Positions 31,966 through 41,507 are shown, counted from the whole stretch's first letter. The stretch: 61,095 nucleotides of DNA, filler included, from 5 parts of 5 records of this genome joined end to end with filler, not necessarily neighbours in it, one strand, 5' to 3'. Notes: a model not told the origin generated them from the sequence alone. Numbers and translations: made by a program.

Positions 31966-33927
31966 ATGAAACTGTCTGTTGTTATTGTCAACTACAATGT
32001 CAAGTATTTTTTAGAGCAGTGCCTGCACTCGGTGGCCAAAGCCGCCGAAAGTCTGGCATGTGAAGTTTTTGTGGTTGATAACAATTCGGTGGATGGATCC
32101 GTGAACATGGTTCGCGAAAAATTTCCTTCCGTAAAGGTCATTGAGAATCACGAAAATGTTGGTTTTTCAAAGGCCAACAATCAGGCCATCAGGCAATCCT
32201 CAGGTGAATATGTGCTGCTTTTAAACCCCGATACTATCGTTGAGGATGATACCTTTAATAAGGTGATCGCATTTATGGATGATCATCCTGATGCAGGGGG
32301 GCTGGGGGTGAAAATGGTGGACGGAAAGGGGAACTTCCTGCCCGAATCCAAGCGTGCACTTCCAAGGCCGGATGTGGCCTTTTACAAGATATTCGGTTTC
32401 TCAAAACTATTTCCAAAATCAAGAAGGTTTGGGCAATATCATCTGACATATTTGGATGAGGATGAAACCAATGAGGTAGAAATCCTTTCGGGTGCATTTA
32501 TGCTGATGAGAAAGTCGGTTCTCGATGAAGTTGGCCTGCTCGACGAAACTTATTTCATGTATGGGGAGGATATCGATCTTTCATACCGAATTATCAAGGC
32601 CGGGTACAAAAACTATTATTTTCCGGAAACCCGTATCATACATTACAAAGGTGAGAGTACCAAAAAAAGCAGTGTGAATTATGTACTGGTTTTTTACAAT
32701 GCCATGGTAATTTTTGCCCGGACTCATTTCACACAGAAGAATGCCAGATTGTTTTCCCTGTTGATCAATATGGCCATTTATTTCAGGGCATTCCTGGCCA
32801 TTGTCAAGCGTGTGACCGACAGGATTTTGCTACCGCTCATTGATGGTGTGGTGATTTATGGCGGTATCTTTTTCATCCAAAAATACTGGGGTAATTCTGT
32901 GATTTTTCCCGATGGTGGCCAGTATCCTCCTGAGTTTCTTACGATTGCAGTTCCTGCTTATATTTTGTCCTGGCTGATATCAGTTTACCTTTCGGGAGGT
33001 TACGACAGGCCCATTAATTTGTTCCGGATATTCCGCGGTTTGTTTGCCGGAACAGTGGTTATTCTTGTGATATACAGCTTGCTCGACGAAACCATGCGAT
33101 TCTCCAGGGCCATTTTGCTGTTGGGCGCGTTATGGGGTTATATTTCCATGACAGGATTAAGGTTGGTTTTTAATTTCCTGGGCCTGAAAAACTTTAGGAT
33201 TGGCGACAACAAAAATAAAAGATACCTCGTGGTGGGCGAAAAGCAGGAAGCCGAGCGTGTGGCAAATTTGTTGACAACCATCGAATCACAGCCCTCTTTT
33301 ATTGGCCTGGTAAGTGTTTCAGGCTCGTCAGATTCTACGTTTACAGGTTCGGTTGATCAGTTGGATGAAGTGGTGAAAATTTACAGAATCAATGAAATTA
33401 TTTTCTGCGCCCAAAGTATGCCATCCCGACAGATTATTGATAAAATGTCGGAACTAAAAACACCTGGAATAGAATTCAAAATTGCACCGCCCGAAAGTTT
33501 ATCCCTAATCGGAAGTAACTCCATAAATACTGCGGGAGACCTTTACACCATGGAGATCAACTCCATCAGTAAGTACACAAACCGTCGCAACAAAAGATTC
33601 CTAGACTTCACGATGTGTCTGCTCACTTTGCCGGCATTGCCTTTCCTGGTTTTCCTGGTTAAAAAACCAATTGGTCTGTTCGGGAATTTTTTCAGTGTAT
33701 TGTTTGCACGCAAAACATGGGTTGGATATTGTTATACCAGTTCAACAAAATCAGAGAAGCTGCCTTATTTAAAGCCTGGCGTGTTAAATCCATCCAATGC
33801 TTTAAATATTGGCAAGCTTGGTGAAGAAACCCTGGACAGGCTCAATATCCTTTATGCCCGTGATTACAAAATTAAAAATGATATCGAAATCGTCTTCAAA
33901 GGCTTTCGTGAGTTGGGCAAAAACTGA
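31966..33927 (+). CDS. GT2 glycosyltransferase with C-terminal membrane and sugar-transferase-like region
   Basis: LSVVIVNYN, VVDNNSVDGS, LLLNPD, FMYGEDIDL, HYKGES, followed by several TMs. Confidence 0.9.
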   Translation: MKLSVVIVNYNVKYFLEQCLHSVAKAAESLACEVFVVDNNSVDGSVNMVREKFPSVKVIENHENVGFSKANNQAIRQSSGEYVLLLNPDTIVEDDTFNKVIAFMDDHPDAGGLGVKMVDGKGNFLPESKRALPRPDVAFYKIFGFSKLFPKSRRFGQYHLTYLDEDETNEVEILSGAFMLMRKSVLDEVGLLDETYFMYGEDIDLSYRIIKAGYKNYYFPETRIIHYKGESTKKSSVNYVLVFYNAMVIFARTHFTQKNARLFSLLINMAIYFRAFLAIVKRVTDRILLPLIDGVVIYGGIFFIQKYWGNSVIFPDGGQYPPEFLTIAVPAYILSWLISVYLSGGYDRPINLFRIFRGLFAGTVVILVIYSLLDETMRFSRAILLLGALWGYISMTGLRLVFNFLGLKNFRIGDNKNKRYLVVGEKQEAERVANLLTTIESQPSFIGLVSVSGSSDSTFTGSVDQLDEVVKIYRINEIIFCAQSMPSRQIIDKMSELKTPGIEFKIAPPESLSLIGSNSINTAGDLYTMEINSISKYTNRRNKRFLDFTMCLLTLPALPFLVFLVKKPIGLFGNFFSVLFARKTWVGYCYTSSTKSEKLPYLKPGVLNPSNALNIGKLGEETLDRLNILYARDYKIKNDIEIVFKGFRELGKN

Positions 33928-34054
33928 TTTTAATATTAGTTAACATTACAAGGCATTGCGATTGGTTAATTTTGCAGCGCCCTGAAAACGTTGAACATTT
34001 GGTGCAAGGCTTTGTTTTTTTTGCGATTCATTGTAGAAATTGAAATATTGATAA

Positions 34055-35404
34055 ATGGCGAAATTTGAAATTATAATGCCCAAGATGGGCGAAAGTATTA
34101 TTGAGGCCACGATTACAAAATGGCTGGTTAAAGTTGGCGACAGTGTTGAAGAGGATGATTCCCTGGCCGAGATTGCCACAGATAAGGTAGATTCTGAAAT
34201 ACCTTCGCCTGTTGAAGGCAAGATGATGGAACAGTTTTTTAATGAGGGTGATGTTGTTGCCGTGGGTAAACCCATTGCCGTTATTGAAATTGAAGGTGAT
34301 GACGATGAAGACGAAGATGAACAGACTGATGGAGATGAAAATTCATCCGATGAAACTACTGAAACCAAAAAAGCGGCCTCAGAAATTGAATCAGAGATTG
34401 AAGAGAAAGCTTCAAAACCGGAAGTTGTTGAGGGTGACTTTTCCTCTGCCTCACGGTTTTATTCTCCACTGGTGAAGAGTATTGCCAAAAAGGAAAATAT
34501 TTCGTTGAGTGAGCTGGAACAAATTCCGGGAAGCGGCAAGGATAACAGGGTGAACAAAGCTGATATCCTCCAGTATATTCAGGATAAAGCCGATGGAAAA
34601 GTATCAGCTCCTGAAACAAAGGGTGCGTCTGGAAGCCAGGCTAAACAGCCCACCGCTCAGCCTCGGGTTGACGCCCCTCCAGTTGAAGCCGGATCAGGCG
34701 ACGAAGTAGTGGAAATGGACCGCATGCGCAAGCTCATTGCCGACCACATGGTGATGTCGAAGCAGGTTTCGCCACATGTTACTTCTTTTATTGAGGTTGA
34801 TGTGACCAATATCGTGAACTGGCGTAATAAGATAAAGAGCGACTTCCAGAAAAAGGAAGGCCAGAAAATTACCTTCACACCCATATTCATCGAAGCTGCC
34901 GCAAAAGTATTGCGTGACTACCCAAATGTGAATGCGTCTGTTGATGGGGCAAAGATTATCCGCAGGAAAAATATCAATATGGGAATGGCCACCGCATTAC
35001 CAAACGGAAACCTGATTGTTCCGGTAATTAAAAATGCAGATGAGCTAAACCTGGTTGGGATGGCCAAACGTGTTAATGATTTGGCCGGCCGTGCCCGCGA
35101 CAATAAACTGGATCCGGACGAAATCCAGGGTGGCACATTTACGGTTACCAATTTTGGCTCATTCGACAGCCTCACAGGAACACCAATTATCAATCAACCC
35201 CAGGTTGCGATACTTGGACTTGGTGCCATTAAAAAGCGTCCCGTTGTGCTGGAAACGCCACAGGGCGATGTTATTGCGATCAGGCATATCATGATGCTTT
35301 CCCTGGCTTATGATCACAGGGTTGTTGACGGTGCACTCGGCGGTATGTACCTCAGGCAGTTGAGAGACACACTGGAAGCTTTCGACGAAAACACAAAGTT
35401 GTAA
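34055..35404 (+). CDS. 2-oxoacid dehydrogenase E2 dihydrolipoamide acyltransferase
   Basis: Lipoyl motif EIATDKVDSE, E3-binding SPLVKSIA...GSGKDNRV, catalytic YDHRVVDG. Confidence 0.95.
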   Translation: MAKFEIIMPKMGESIIEATITKWLVKVGDSVEEDDSLAEIATDKVDSEIPSPVEGKMMEQFFNEGDVVAVGKPIAVIEIEGDDDEDEDEQTDGDENSSDETTETKKAASEIESEIEEKASKPEVVEGDFSSASRFYSPLVKSIAKKENISLSELEQIPGSGKDNRVNKADILQYIQDKADGKVSAPETKGASGSQAKQPTAQPRVDAPPVEAGSGDEVVEMDRMRKLIADHMVMSKQVSPHVTSFIEVDVTNIVNWRNKIKSDFQKKEGQKITFTPIFIEAAAKVLRDYPNVNASVDGAKIIRRKNINMGMATALPNGNLIVPVIKNADELNLVGMAKRVNDLAGRARDNKLDPDEIQGGTFTVTNFGSFDSLTGTPIINQPQVAILGLGAIKKRPVVLETPQGDVIAIRHIMMLSLAYDHRVVDGALGGMYLRQLRDTLEAFDENTKL

Positions 35405-35429
35405 TTTTTAAAATACTCACATAAAATTT

Positions 35430-35471
35430 GGGCTATTCCGTATCTGCAAATGTTTCGGGGTAGCCCTTTTT
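35430..35471 (+). terminator. Probable intrinsic terminator
   Basis: GGGCTATTCCG...CGGGGTAGCCC followed by TTTTT after the E2 stop. Confidence 0.55.
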
Positions 35472-35485
35472 ATATAAAGCGTGCT

Positions 35486-36295
35486 ATGGAACTAAACCTT
35501 ACCAAACCACTTGCCGTATTTGATCTTGAAACTACCGGAATTAAAGTTGCCACCGACAGGATCGTAGAAATAAGCGTTTTAAAGGTCATGCCTGATGGTG
35601 AAGAGAAAACCTATACAAAAAAGATCAACCCAACCATTCCGATCCCAGCTAAAACCACAGAGATTCATGGAATTTCTGATGAGGATGTAAAAGATGCTCC
35701 AACATTTAAGGAGATTGCACATGAGCTAAACCAGTTCCTCGGAAACAGTGACCTGGCCGGTTATAATTCCAATAAATTTGATATCCCGCTTTTGGTTGAA
35801 GAATTCCTGCGTGTTGATGTGGAATTCGATCTTAAGGGGCGGCGGTTTGTGGATGTCCAAAATATTTTTCATAAAATGGAGCCCCGCACCCTTAAAGCTG
35901 CCTATGCCTTTTATTGTGGTAAAGATCTCGTTAATAACCATTCAGCCGAAGCTGATACAGTGGCCACATATGAAATTTTAAAATCACAACTCGACCGGTA
36001 TGAGGGTGCAAAATATAAATTGAAGAATGGTCAGGAGATCGAGCCTGTGGTAAATAATATTGAAAAGCTGAGTGAATTTTCGGTGCAATTCAGAAATGCC
36101 GATCTCATCGGCCACATTGTATTTAATGATAAGGACATGGAAATATTTAATTTTGGTAAATACAAAGGTAAAACGGTTGAGGAAGTATTTGCCAAAGAGC
36201 CATCCTATTACGACTGGATGATGAAAGGATCTTTCCCACTTTCCACCAAAAAAGTCATCACCTCCATAAAACTTCGTGCTTTTAACCAAAAATAG
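35486..36295 (+). CDS. DEDDh 3'-5' exonuclease (DNA Pol III epsilon-like)
   Basis: FDLETTG, GYNSNKFDIP, HSAEAD; C-terminal FNFGKYKG motif. Confidence 0.92.
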   Translation: MELNLTKPLAVFDLETTGIKVATDRIVEISVLKVMPDGEEKTYTKKINPTIPIPAKTTEIHGISDEDVKDAPTFKEIAHELNQFLGNSDLAGYNSNKFDIPLLVEEFLRVDVEFDLKGRRFVDVQNIFHKMEPRTLKAAYAFYCGKDLVNNHSAEADTVATYEILKSQLDRYEGAKYKLKNGQEIEPVVNNIEKLSEFSVQFRNADLIGHIVFNDKDMEIFNFGKYKGKTVEEVFAKEPSYYDWMMKGSFPLSTKKVITSIKLRAFNQK

Positions 36296-36353
36296 TTGAA
36301 CTGGCAGTAACTTTTTTGCGTTTTAACCGTACTGTTAATTAAACTTCTTTTGG

Positions 36354-36821
36354 ATGAACAGGGTAATAATGGCAATCATGTTGATGGGGATAATCAGTTT
36401 TGCCTGTGGTCAGGAGACAGCCGCAGAGAATCTGGAAATTGCCATTCTGCTCAACGAAAAAGGGGAACATGAGAAATCCCTGCTGTTGTGCAATGCAGCC
36501 CTGGAAATTAATCCGGAGATGAGTTCTGCGTGGTTCATGCGGGGTTTCAATAATTATAGCCTTGAGAATTATAAAGATGCCATTGTAGATTTTACCGTAG
36601 CCCTCAATTTTAATCCTGAATATGCCGAAGCCTGGTTTTATCGTGGAAAAGCAAAGCAGCAACAAGGTGACCTCTGGGATGCTCTTGGCGACCTGAATAA
36701 AGCCCGCGAACTGGACTCGTCAAAATCGGCATTTTTATTGGTTCGCAGTGTTTTTGCTTCCATCTTCAGTGGTTCGGGCAAAAAGAATCAAAAAGAGGAT
36801 GTCAGAAATCAGGCTCAATAA
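36354..36821 (+). CDS. Exported TPR protein
   Basis: Signal peptide; repeats ALEINPE.SSAWFMRG / ALNFNPEYAEAWFYRG. Confidence 0.85.
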   Translation: MNRVIMAIMLMGIISFACGQETAAENLEIAILLNEKGEHEKSLLLCNAALEINPEMSSAWFMRGFNNYSLENYKDAIVDFTVALNFNPEYAEAWFYRGKAKQQQGDLWDALGDLNKARELDSSKSAFLLVRSVFASIFSGSGKKNQKEDVRNQAQ

Positions 36822-36857
36822 ACCTACCTTTGCACTCCTGACCAAAAATTTAATTTT

Positions 36858-37469
36858 ATGAAGATTATCTGTATTGGCCGCAATTATGTGGCGCATGCCA
36901 AAGAACTCAACAATCCCTTACCAACAGAACCTGTTTTTTTTCTCAAACCCGACACTGCCATCACCATCCGGAACCGGCCGTTTTTTTATCCTGAATTTTC
37001 CAACAGCATCCATTATGAGTTGGAACTGGTATTGAAAATATCAAAAAATGGACGACATATTCCTGAGCAGTTTGCACACACATATTTTGAAGAAATCGGC
37101 ATTGGAATAGATTTTACAGCACGCGACATTCAGCAGCGGCAAAAAGAAAAAGGCCTTCCCTGGGAAGTTGCCAAGGCTTTCGACGGCTCAGCGCCAATCA
37201 GTGATTTTATAAAGGTAAGTGGTTTAAACGACTGTGAGAATATCCGGTTTCATTTGCTTAAAAATGGTGACAAAGTACAGGATGGAAATTCCAACCTTAT
37301 GATATTTTCTTTTGACCGGATCATCAGCTATGTTTCGCAATTTATTACGCTCAAAATGGGCGACCTGATATTTACAGGCACACCTGCGGGGGTAGGCGAG
37401 GTTAAAATTGGCGACCGTCTGGAGGGGTTTATTGAAGGAGACAAGATGTTGAAATGCGATGTGCGGTAG
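36858..37469 (+). CDS. Fumarylacetoacetate hydrolase family protein
   Basis: KIICIGRNY, FFLKP, HYELEL, DFTARD, GDLIFTGTPAGVG. Confidence 0.95.
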   Translation: MKIICIGRNYVAHAKELNNPLPTEPVFFLKPDTAITIRNRPFFYPEFSNSIHYELELVLKISKNGRHIPEQFAHTYFEEIGIGIDFTARDIQQRQKEKGLPWEVAKAFDGSAPISDFIKVSGLNDCENIRFHLLKNGDKVQDGNSNLMIFSFDRIISYVSQFITLKMGDLIFTGTPAGVGEVKIGDRLEGFIEGDKMLKCDVR

Positions 37470-37526
37470 AGTCGCACGGCCGTGCGACTGTACAAGATAG
37501 ACGCACGGCCGTGCGACTGTACAAGA
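37466..37526. repeat. Two tandem REP-like palindromes
   Basis: GTAGAGTCGCACGGCCGTGCGACTGTAC (perfect 20-bp core 37470-37489); 25-bp direct repeat CGCACGGCCGTGCGACTGTACAAGA at 37473 and 37502. Confidence 0.85.
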
Positions 37527-37622
37527 GGTTGAAAGGAAATATTAAATAATGTTTATCTGTTTAAATCAAAAAACATTACTTTTGCAGCCCTTTTTGAGAA
37601 AAAAGGACATTGAAATAGTGAT

Positions 37623-37696
37623 GGCTCCGTAGCATAATTGGATAGTGCACCTGACTACGGATCAGGAGGTTCGGGGTTCGAATCCCTGCGGAGTCA
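37623..37696 (+). tRNA. tRNA-Arg (anticodon ACG)
   Basis: Acceptor GGCTCCG/CGGAGTC+A, D-loop TGGATA, anticodon arm CCTGA-CTACGGA-TCAGG, T-loop GTTCGAATC; CCA not encoded. Confidence 0.95.
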
Positions 37697-37709
37697 CAGA
37701 TTAAAGGCT

Positions 37710-37809
37710 NNNNNNNNNNNNNNNNNNNNNNNNNNNNNNNNNNNNNNNNNNNNTTAATTAATTAANNNNNNNNNNNNNNNNNNNNNNNNNNNNNNNNNNN
37801 NNNNNNNNN
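37710..37809. other. Artificial contig-joining spacer
   Basis: 44 N + TTAATTAATTAA + 44 N. Confidence 0.98.
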
Positions 37810-38616
37810 ACCTCGGATAATGGCCCTGCATCCAGCGACGCTTATGATACAGTTTTTTGGGAAGTTCTCTATTTGAAATTGTGGCATAAGCTCAAAGGCT
37901 ACAACAGGGATTACGAGACATTGGGAACCCGCGGCAGTTATGTTAACATGGGGCCTGTTTTTGCCAGTTCCGCCGCTTCGCCTTTGGCTTATTACAAGTT
38001 TTGGGCAGGGGAAGGCGGGATGCGCGTGCCCTTGATCATTTCCGGAAAGGGCGTTACTGAAAAGGGGACGATCACAAATGCGTTTACGTATGTAACGGAT
38101 ATTGCCTCCACGATTCTGGATGTAGCCGGCGTGAATCCTCCCCGGGGCGAATATCAAGACCGCAAGGTTGAACCCATGGTCGGAAAAAGTCTGCTGCCCC
38201 TGATCGAGGGGGAAGTCGACAGGGTTTATGGCGAAGATGAGACAATCGGCTATGAACTGGCCGGTAATGCGGCCCTCTTCCAAGGCGACTACAAGATTGT
38301 TAAAAACAGGGGCCCTGTCGGCGACAACCAGTGGCATCTGTTCAATATCGTCGCCGACCCGGGTGAAACAAAAGATCTAAGGGAAGAGATGCCGGAAAGA
38401 TTCTCGGGAATGATGGAGGCATACCGTGCATATGTCGCCGACAATAATGTATTGCCGGTTCCCGAAGATTATACTCAGAATAAGGGATTGAAGGATTATG
38501 CTTATCGGACCCAATTGGCGGAATTGAAAGCCAATTCTCCGTATATCATTGCCGGAATCCTGGTTCTGGTCCTGATGCTGTATTTTTTCCGGCGTCGGCG
38601 CCGATCCAGTTCTTGA
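37810..38616 (+). CDS. Arylsulfatase (formylglycine-type sulfatase family), 5'-truncated, with C-terminal TM anchor
   Basis: Frame opens at the contig edge with TSDNG; AGEGGMRVPLII, DIASTILD, WHLFNIVADPGETKDL; C-terminal hydrophobic helix plus RRRRR. Confidence 0.88.
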   Translation, partial: TSDNGPASSDAYDTVFWEVLYLKLWHKLKGYNRDYETLGTRGSYVNMGPVFASSAASPLAYYKFWAGEGGMRVPLIISGKGVTEKGTITNAFTYVTDIASTILDVAGVNPPRGEYQDRKVEPMVGKSLLPLIEGEVDRVYGEDETIGYELAGNAALFQGDYKIVKNRGPVGDNQWHLFNIVADPGETKDLREEMPERFSGMMEAYRAYVADNNVLPVPEDYTQNKGLKDYAYRTQLAELKANSPYIIAGILVLVLMLYFFRRRRRSSS

Positions 38617-38765
38617 TGGGCATATCCCCGGATATGGCTGAGAGGAGTGCAAGGCGGCCCGTGGAGCCGGTGAAAAATTCGGCGTCAAATAATGTCTCCT
38701 TCAGCCATAATACTCCTCGTGCCAATATTCTGCAAATGTCTGAAAAAAATAACAATTTATCTTTT

Positions 38766-38884
38766 TATACAACCGTATAGATAATGGCGAAGGACAAGTC
38801 TCTGCAGCATTCAATTTAATATGTTTTACAAATGTAAAAAAACTTGACGGTCGGCCGGACGCCATATATTTATACATTTGTATA
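38766..38884. promoter_or_regulatory. Three related 14-bp operator-like palindromes around a sigma70-like promoter
   Basis: TATACAacCGTATA (38766), TTTACAaaTGTAAA (38825), TATACAttTGTATA (38871); TTGACG at 38844 with an AT-rich -10 region near 38865. Confidence 0.6.
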
Positions 38885-39069
38885 AATTTGTTTCGCATAA
38901 CCCGGATTCCTCACATCTTTCTTGGCGACGTCAACTCAAAGCCCTGGCCGAAGCCGGGTTGCCTCCACTTAAGGTTTGATATCCTTATAAGGCGAGATGC
39001 CAAAAGGTAAGGGAGCCTGCTAAATGAATCAAAGAAGCAGGTTAAAGCAATCACCGGCCAAAAGGGGGA

Positions 39070-39519
39070 GTGATGAGTCCGCAACGTAATTTTCTGCCCG
39101 CTTCTACCAATGTAGACTACCATGGCAGTCCGATCTCCGCCTGGTTTCTCACGCTGATGTCTCTGGCGACCATAATTCCCGGCTGCATTCATACGTTCCT
39201 GCCGGATGGCGGGGCGGGTGTCATTGCCGGACTGGACCTGTCGCAGAACGGGCCGCGTATCATCGGCCTCTTCGCCTGGGCCGGCACTACACAGATTGTG
39301 TGGGGCTTATTAATGCTGCTGATTTCGTTGCGCAACCGGAATTTCGTGCCGCTGCTGCTGGGGCTGTTACTCTTTGAACGATCTCTGCATGCGCTCAATA
39401 TGTGGGTCTTGAAATACACGGGCGACGGCCATCATCCGCCGGAAGCATATCTGACGCTGGCTGCGTTGCCCATTATCGCCCTGTTTTTGGGATTGTCGTT
39501 TCGGCAGCGAGGGCGGTAG
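39070..39519 (+). CDS. Hypothetical 4-TM membrane protein
   Basis: GGGGGAG RBS; four hydrophobic segments; HTFLPDGGAGVIAG and HHPP motifs. Confidence 0.75.
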   Translation: MMSPQRNFLPASTNVDYHGSPISAWFLTLMSLATIIPGCIHTFLPDGGAGVIAGLDLSQNGPRIIGLFAWAGTTQIVWGLLMLLISLRNRNFVPLLLGLLLFERSLHALNMWVLKYTGDGHHPPEAYLTLAALPIIALFLGLSFRQRGR

Positions 39520-39626
39520 AGCAGCTTTTTTGCGGCGATGAGGAATTTTAATTTCTCAGAGTTGTGGTTTCAATATTGATTGTTTTTTTTATCACCGTGT
39601 CATTTTAAATTTAAAAGGTGGTTTCA

Positions 39627-40658
39627 ATGAAAAAGATTGTTTATCTGCTGATGATGTTGGGCATGTTTTTATCACTGACTGGATGCGATAAGTTAATTGA
39701 ATCGGCTGTCGAGACTCAAATGAATCAAACCCGGTCGGAGATGTTGACGGACGGCAATCTTCATGTGGTTCTGGTGGGGTCCGGGGGTCCGTTTCCCAAT
39801 ACCGAGCGTGTTTCGGTCAGTACGGCTGTGATCGCAGGCGGACAATTCATTCTGGTGGATACAGGTCCGGGCGCGGCCCGGAATGCCCTGCTGCAAAATC
39901 TGCCCCTTGGCGAACTGAACGCAGTTTTCCTGACCCACTTTCATTCCGACCATATTGCTGATCTGGGAGAAGTTAACATGTTTTCCTGGGTCCAGGGAAA
40001 TCGAAAAGAAAGACTGGAAGTCTATGGTCCGGAAGGAGTGGAAAAGGTGGTTAAGGGTTATGCACTGGCCTATGAACAAGATTCCCTTTACCGGACCGCC
40101 CACCATGGTGAAGAAGTTGCGCCGCCGCAAGGTTCGGCGCCCGTCGCAAAAGTTGTCACCCTCAAGAATAAGGATCAGGCCCAGCTGTTTTTTGACAGGA
40201 ACGGCCTCAAGGCCTATGCCTTTCTGGTTGACCATTTTCCGGCCAGGCCGGCCATTGGATATCGATTCGAATACAAGGGAAACGTAGTGGTGATTACCGG
40301 AGATACCAAGAAAACCGACACTTTGGCCAAACATGCGGACAAGGCCGATCTCTTTATCTGTGACGCACTGGATGCCAAGACAATCAACCTGGCAAGCAAG
40401 GTCGCCTCGGAAAACAATCAGCCCATGCTGGCAAAGATTTTGACCGACATACCGGACTATCATTTGACCCCGGTCCAGGCAGCACAGATCGCCCATGAAG
40501 CTGATGTTAAAAAACTGGTTTTTTATCATGTCGTACCGCCCCCAACCAATTTCATTCTAAAACGGCGGTATCTGGATGGGGTGAGCGACGCTTATGACGG
40601 TGAAGTCGAACTTGGTGAAGATGGGATGACCTTTACGCTTGAACCCAAGCAGAAATGA
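39627..40658 (+). CDS. Lipoprotein MBL-fold metallo-hydrolase (RNase Z/AtsA-like)
   Basis: Lipobox LTGC; GSGGP, LVDTGPG, THFHSDH, VDH, ITGDT, DYH, YHVVP. Confidence 0.88.
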   Translation: MKKIVYLLMMLGMFLSLTGCDKLIESAVETQMNQTRSEMLTDGNLHVVLVGSGGPFPNTERVSVSTAVIAGGQFILVDTGPGAARNALLQNLPLGELNAVFLTHFHSDHIADLGEVNMFSWVQGNRKERLEVYGPEGVEKVVKGYALAYEQDSLYRTAHHGEEVAPPQGSAPVAKVVTLKNKDQAQLFFDRNGLKAYAFLVDHFPARPAIGYRFEYKGNVVVITGDTKKTDTLAKHADKADLFICDALDAKTINLASKVASENNQPMLAKILTDIPDYHLTPVQAAQIAHEADVKKLVFYHVVPPPTNFILKRRYLDGVSDAYDGEVELGEDGMTFTLEPKQK

Positions 40659-40700
40659 ACATTTAAGCAGCCTGAACACGAAAAAAAGGAGTAAATAAAC

Positions 40701-41507
40701 ATGGAATCCATAGAAAGTTATCAGCAGACAGGCAAGGAAATCTGGAACGATTTAAGATTATCCACTCACCCTGTCGCCGTCAAATATATCAAAGACGAAT
40801 CTGAAATTCCCGAGGGTTTTATAAGGCCGTCCAGAATAGGAGAAAGCTGGAGTTTATGCCAGGCTTTCACTTATGCCAGGCGAAACCAGGAACACAGCGC
40901 CATGACAAAGGAAGACAATTTCTGCGTCCCCAGCTCTTATGGGCAGGGATGGCTAAAGGCGTCCTTTGATGAATTTGTCGAGAGTCAGAGACTGAATAAA
41001 TGGCGGAAGGATTATGACTCTGAAATACGCTGTCAGATCGCAGCGGGAGCCGACTTTGCAACCAAGGAAAATCTGAAGAAGGCGCGTGAACACATTGGAT
41101 TTTTAGCGGCGCCCCTCACCGGCGCGGGCTTTATTCCCGACTCTATCCTGATTTACGGCGACCCCGGACAGGCCGGGCACATTGTACAATCCTTGAGCTA
41201 TGAAGGAAAACATGTGATCACTTCGATATTTAACGGATTTGGCGAGTCTTGCATTAAAGGCGCCTTAAAACCGTTTCTAACCGGGACGCCGGAAGTTATA
41301 TTGCCTGGCGCCGGAGATAAAATTATATCCGGAACCTGGGACAATGAAGTCGCCGTGGCGATTCCCGGCCCCCTTTTGTTCTATGTTAAAGAGCATCTTT
41401 TCAAGACCGGCGGTGAATTCAATATGGGGTATCCCTATAAAAAACACCGGGGGCAAATTGATCATCAATTTCTGCCGGGCTGGGAATATCTCAAGAAAAA
41501 AGTCTGA
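40701..41507 (+). CDS. DUF169 family protein
   Basis: LRLSTHPVAVK, SLCQ...ARR, DNFC, PDSILIYGDPGQ, GESC, PGAGD; AAGGAG RBS. Confidence 0.8.
   Translation: MESIESYQQTGKEIWNDLRLSTHPVAVKYIKDESEIPEGFIRPSRIGESWSLCQAFTYARRNQEHSAMTKEDNFCVPSSYGQGWLKASFDEFVESQRLNKWRKDYDSEIRCQIAAGADFATKENLKKAREHIGFLAAPLTGAGFIPDSILIYGDPGQAGHIVQSLSYEGKHVITSIFNGFGESCIKGALKPFLTGTPEVILPGAGDKIISGTWDNEVAVAIPGPLLFYVKEHLFKTGGEFNMGYPYKKHRGQIDHQFLPGWEYLKKKV

Noticed and set aside
37466-37526. Direct repeats as a mini CRISPR array
   Set aside because: Only two units, 4-bp gap with no spacer, and no cas genes
38936-38963. CAAAGCC...GCCGGGTTGCC as a c-di-GMP-I riboswitch
   Set aside because: Lacks the upstream GGCAAA/GAAA tetraloop helix and the receptor motif
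39693-40529. 278-aa minus-strand ORF and similar long antisense ORFs (37762-38337, 14874-15422, 17027-17569, 6786-7355)
   Set aside because: Fully overlap well-supported genes on the other strand and have no recognisable motifs
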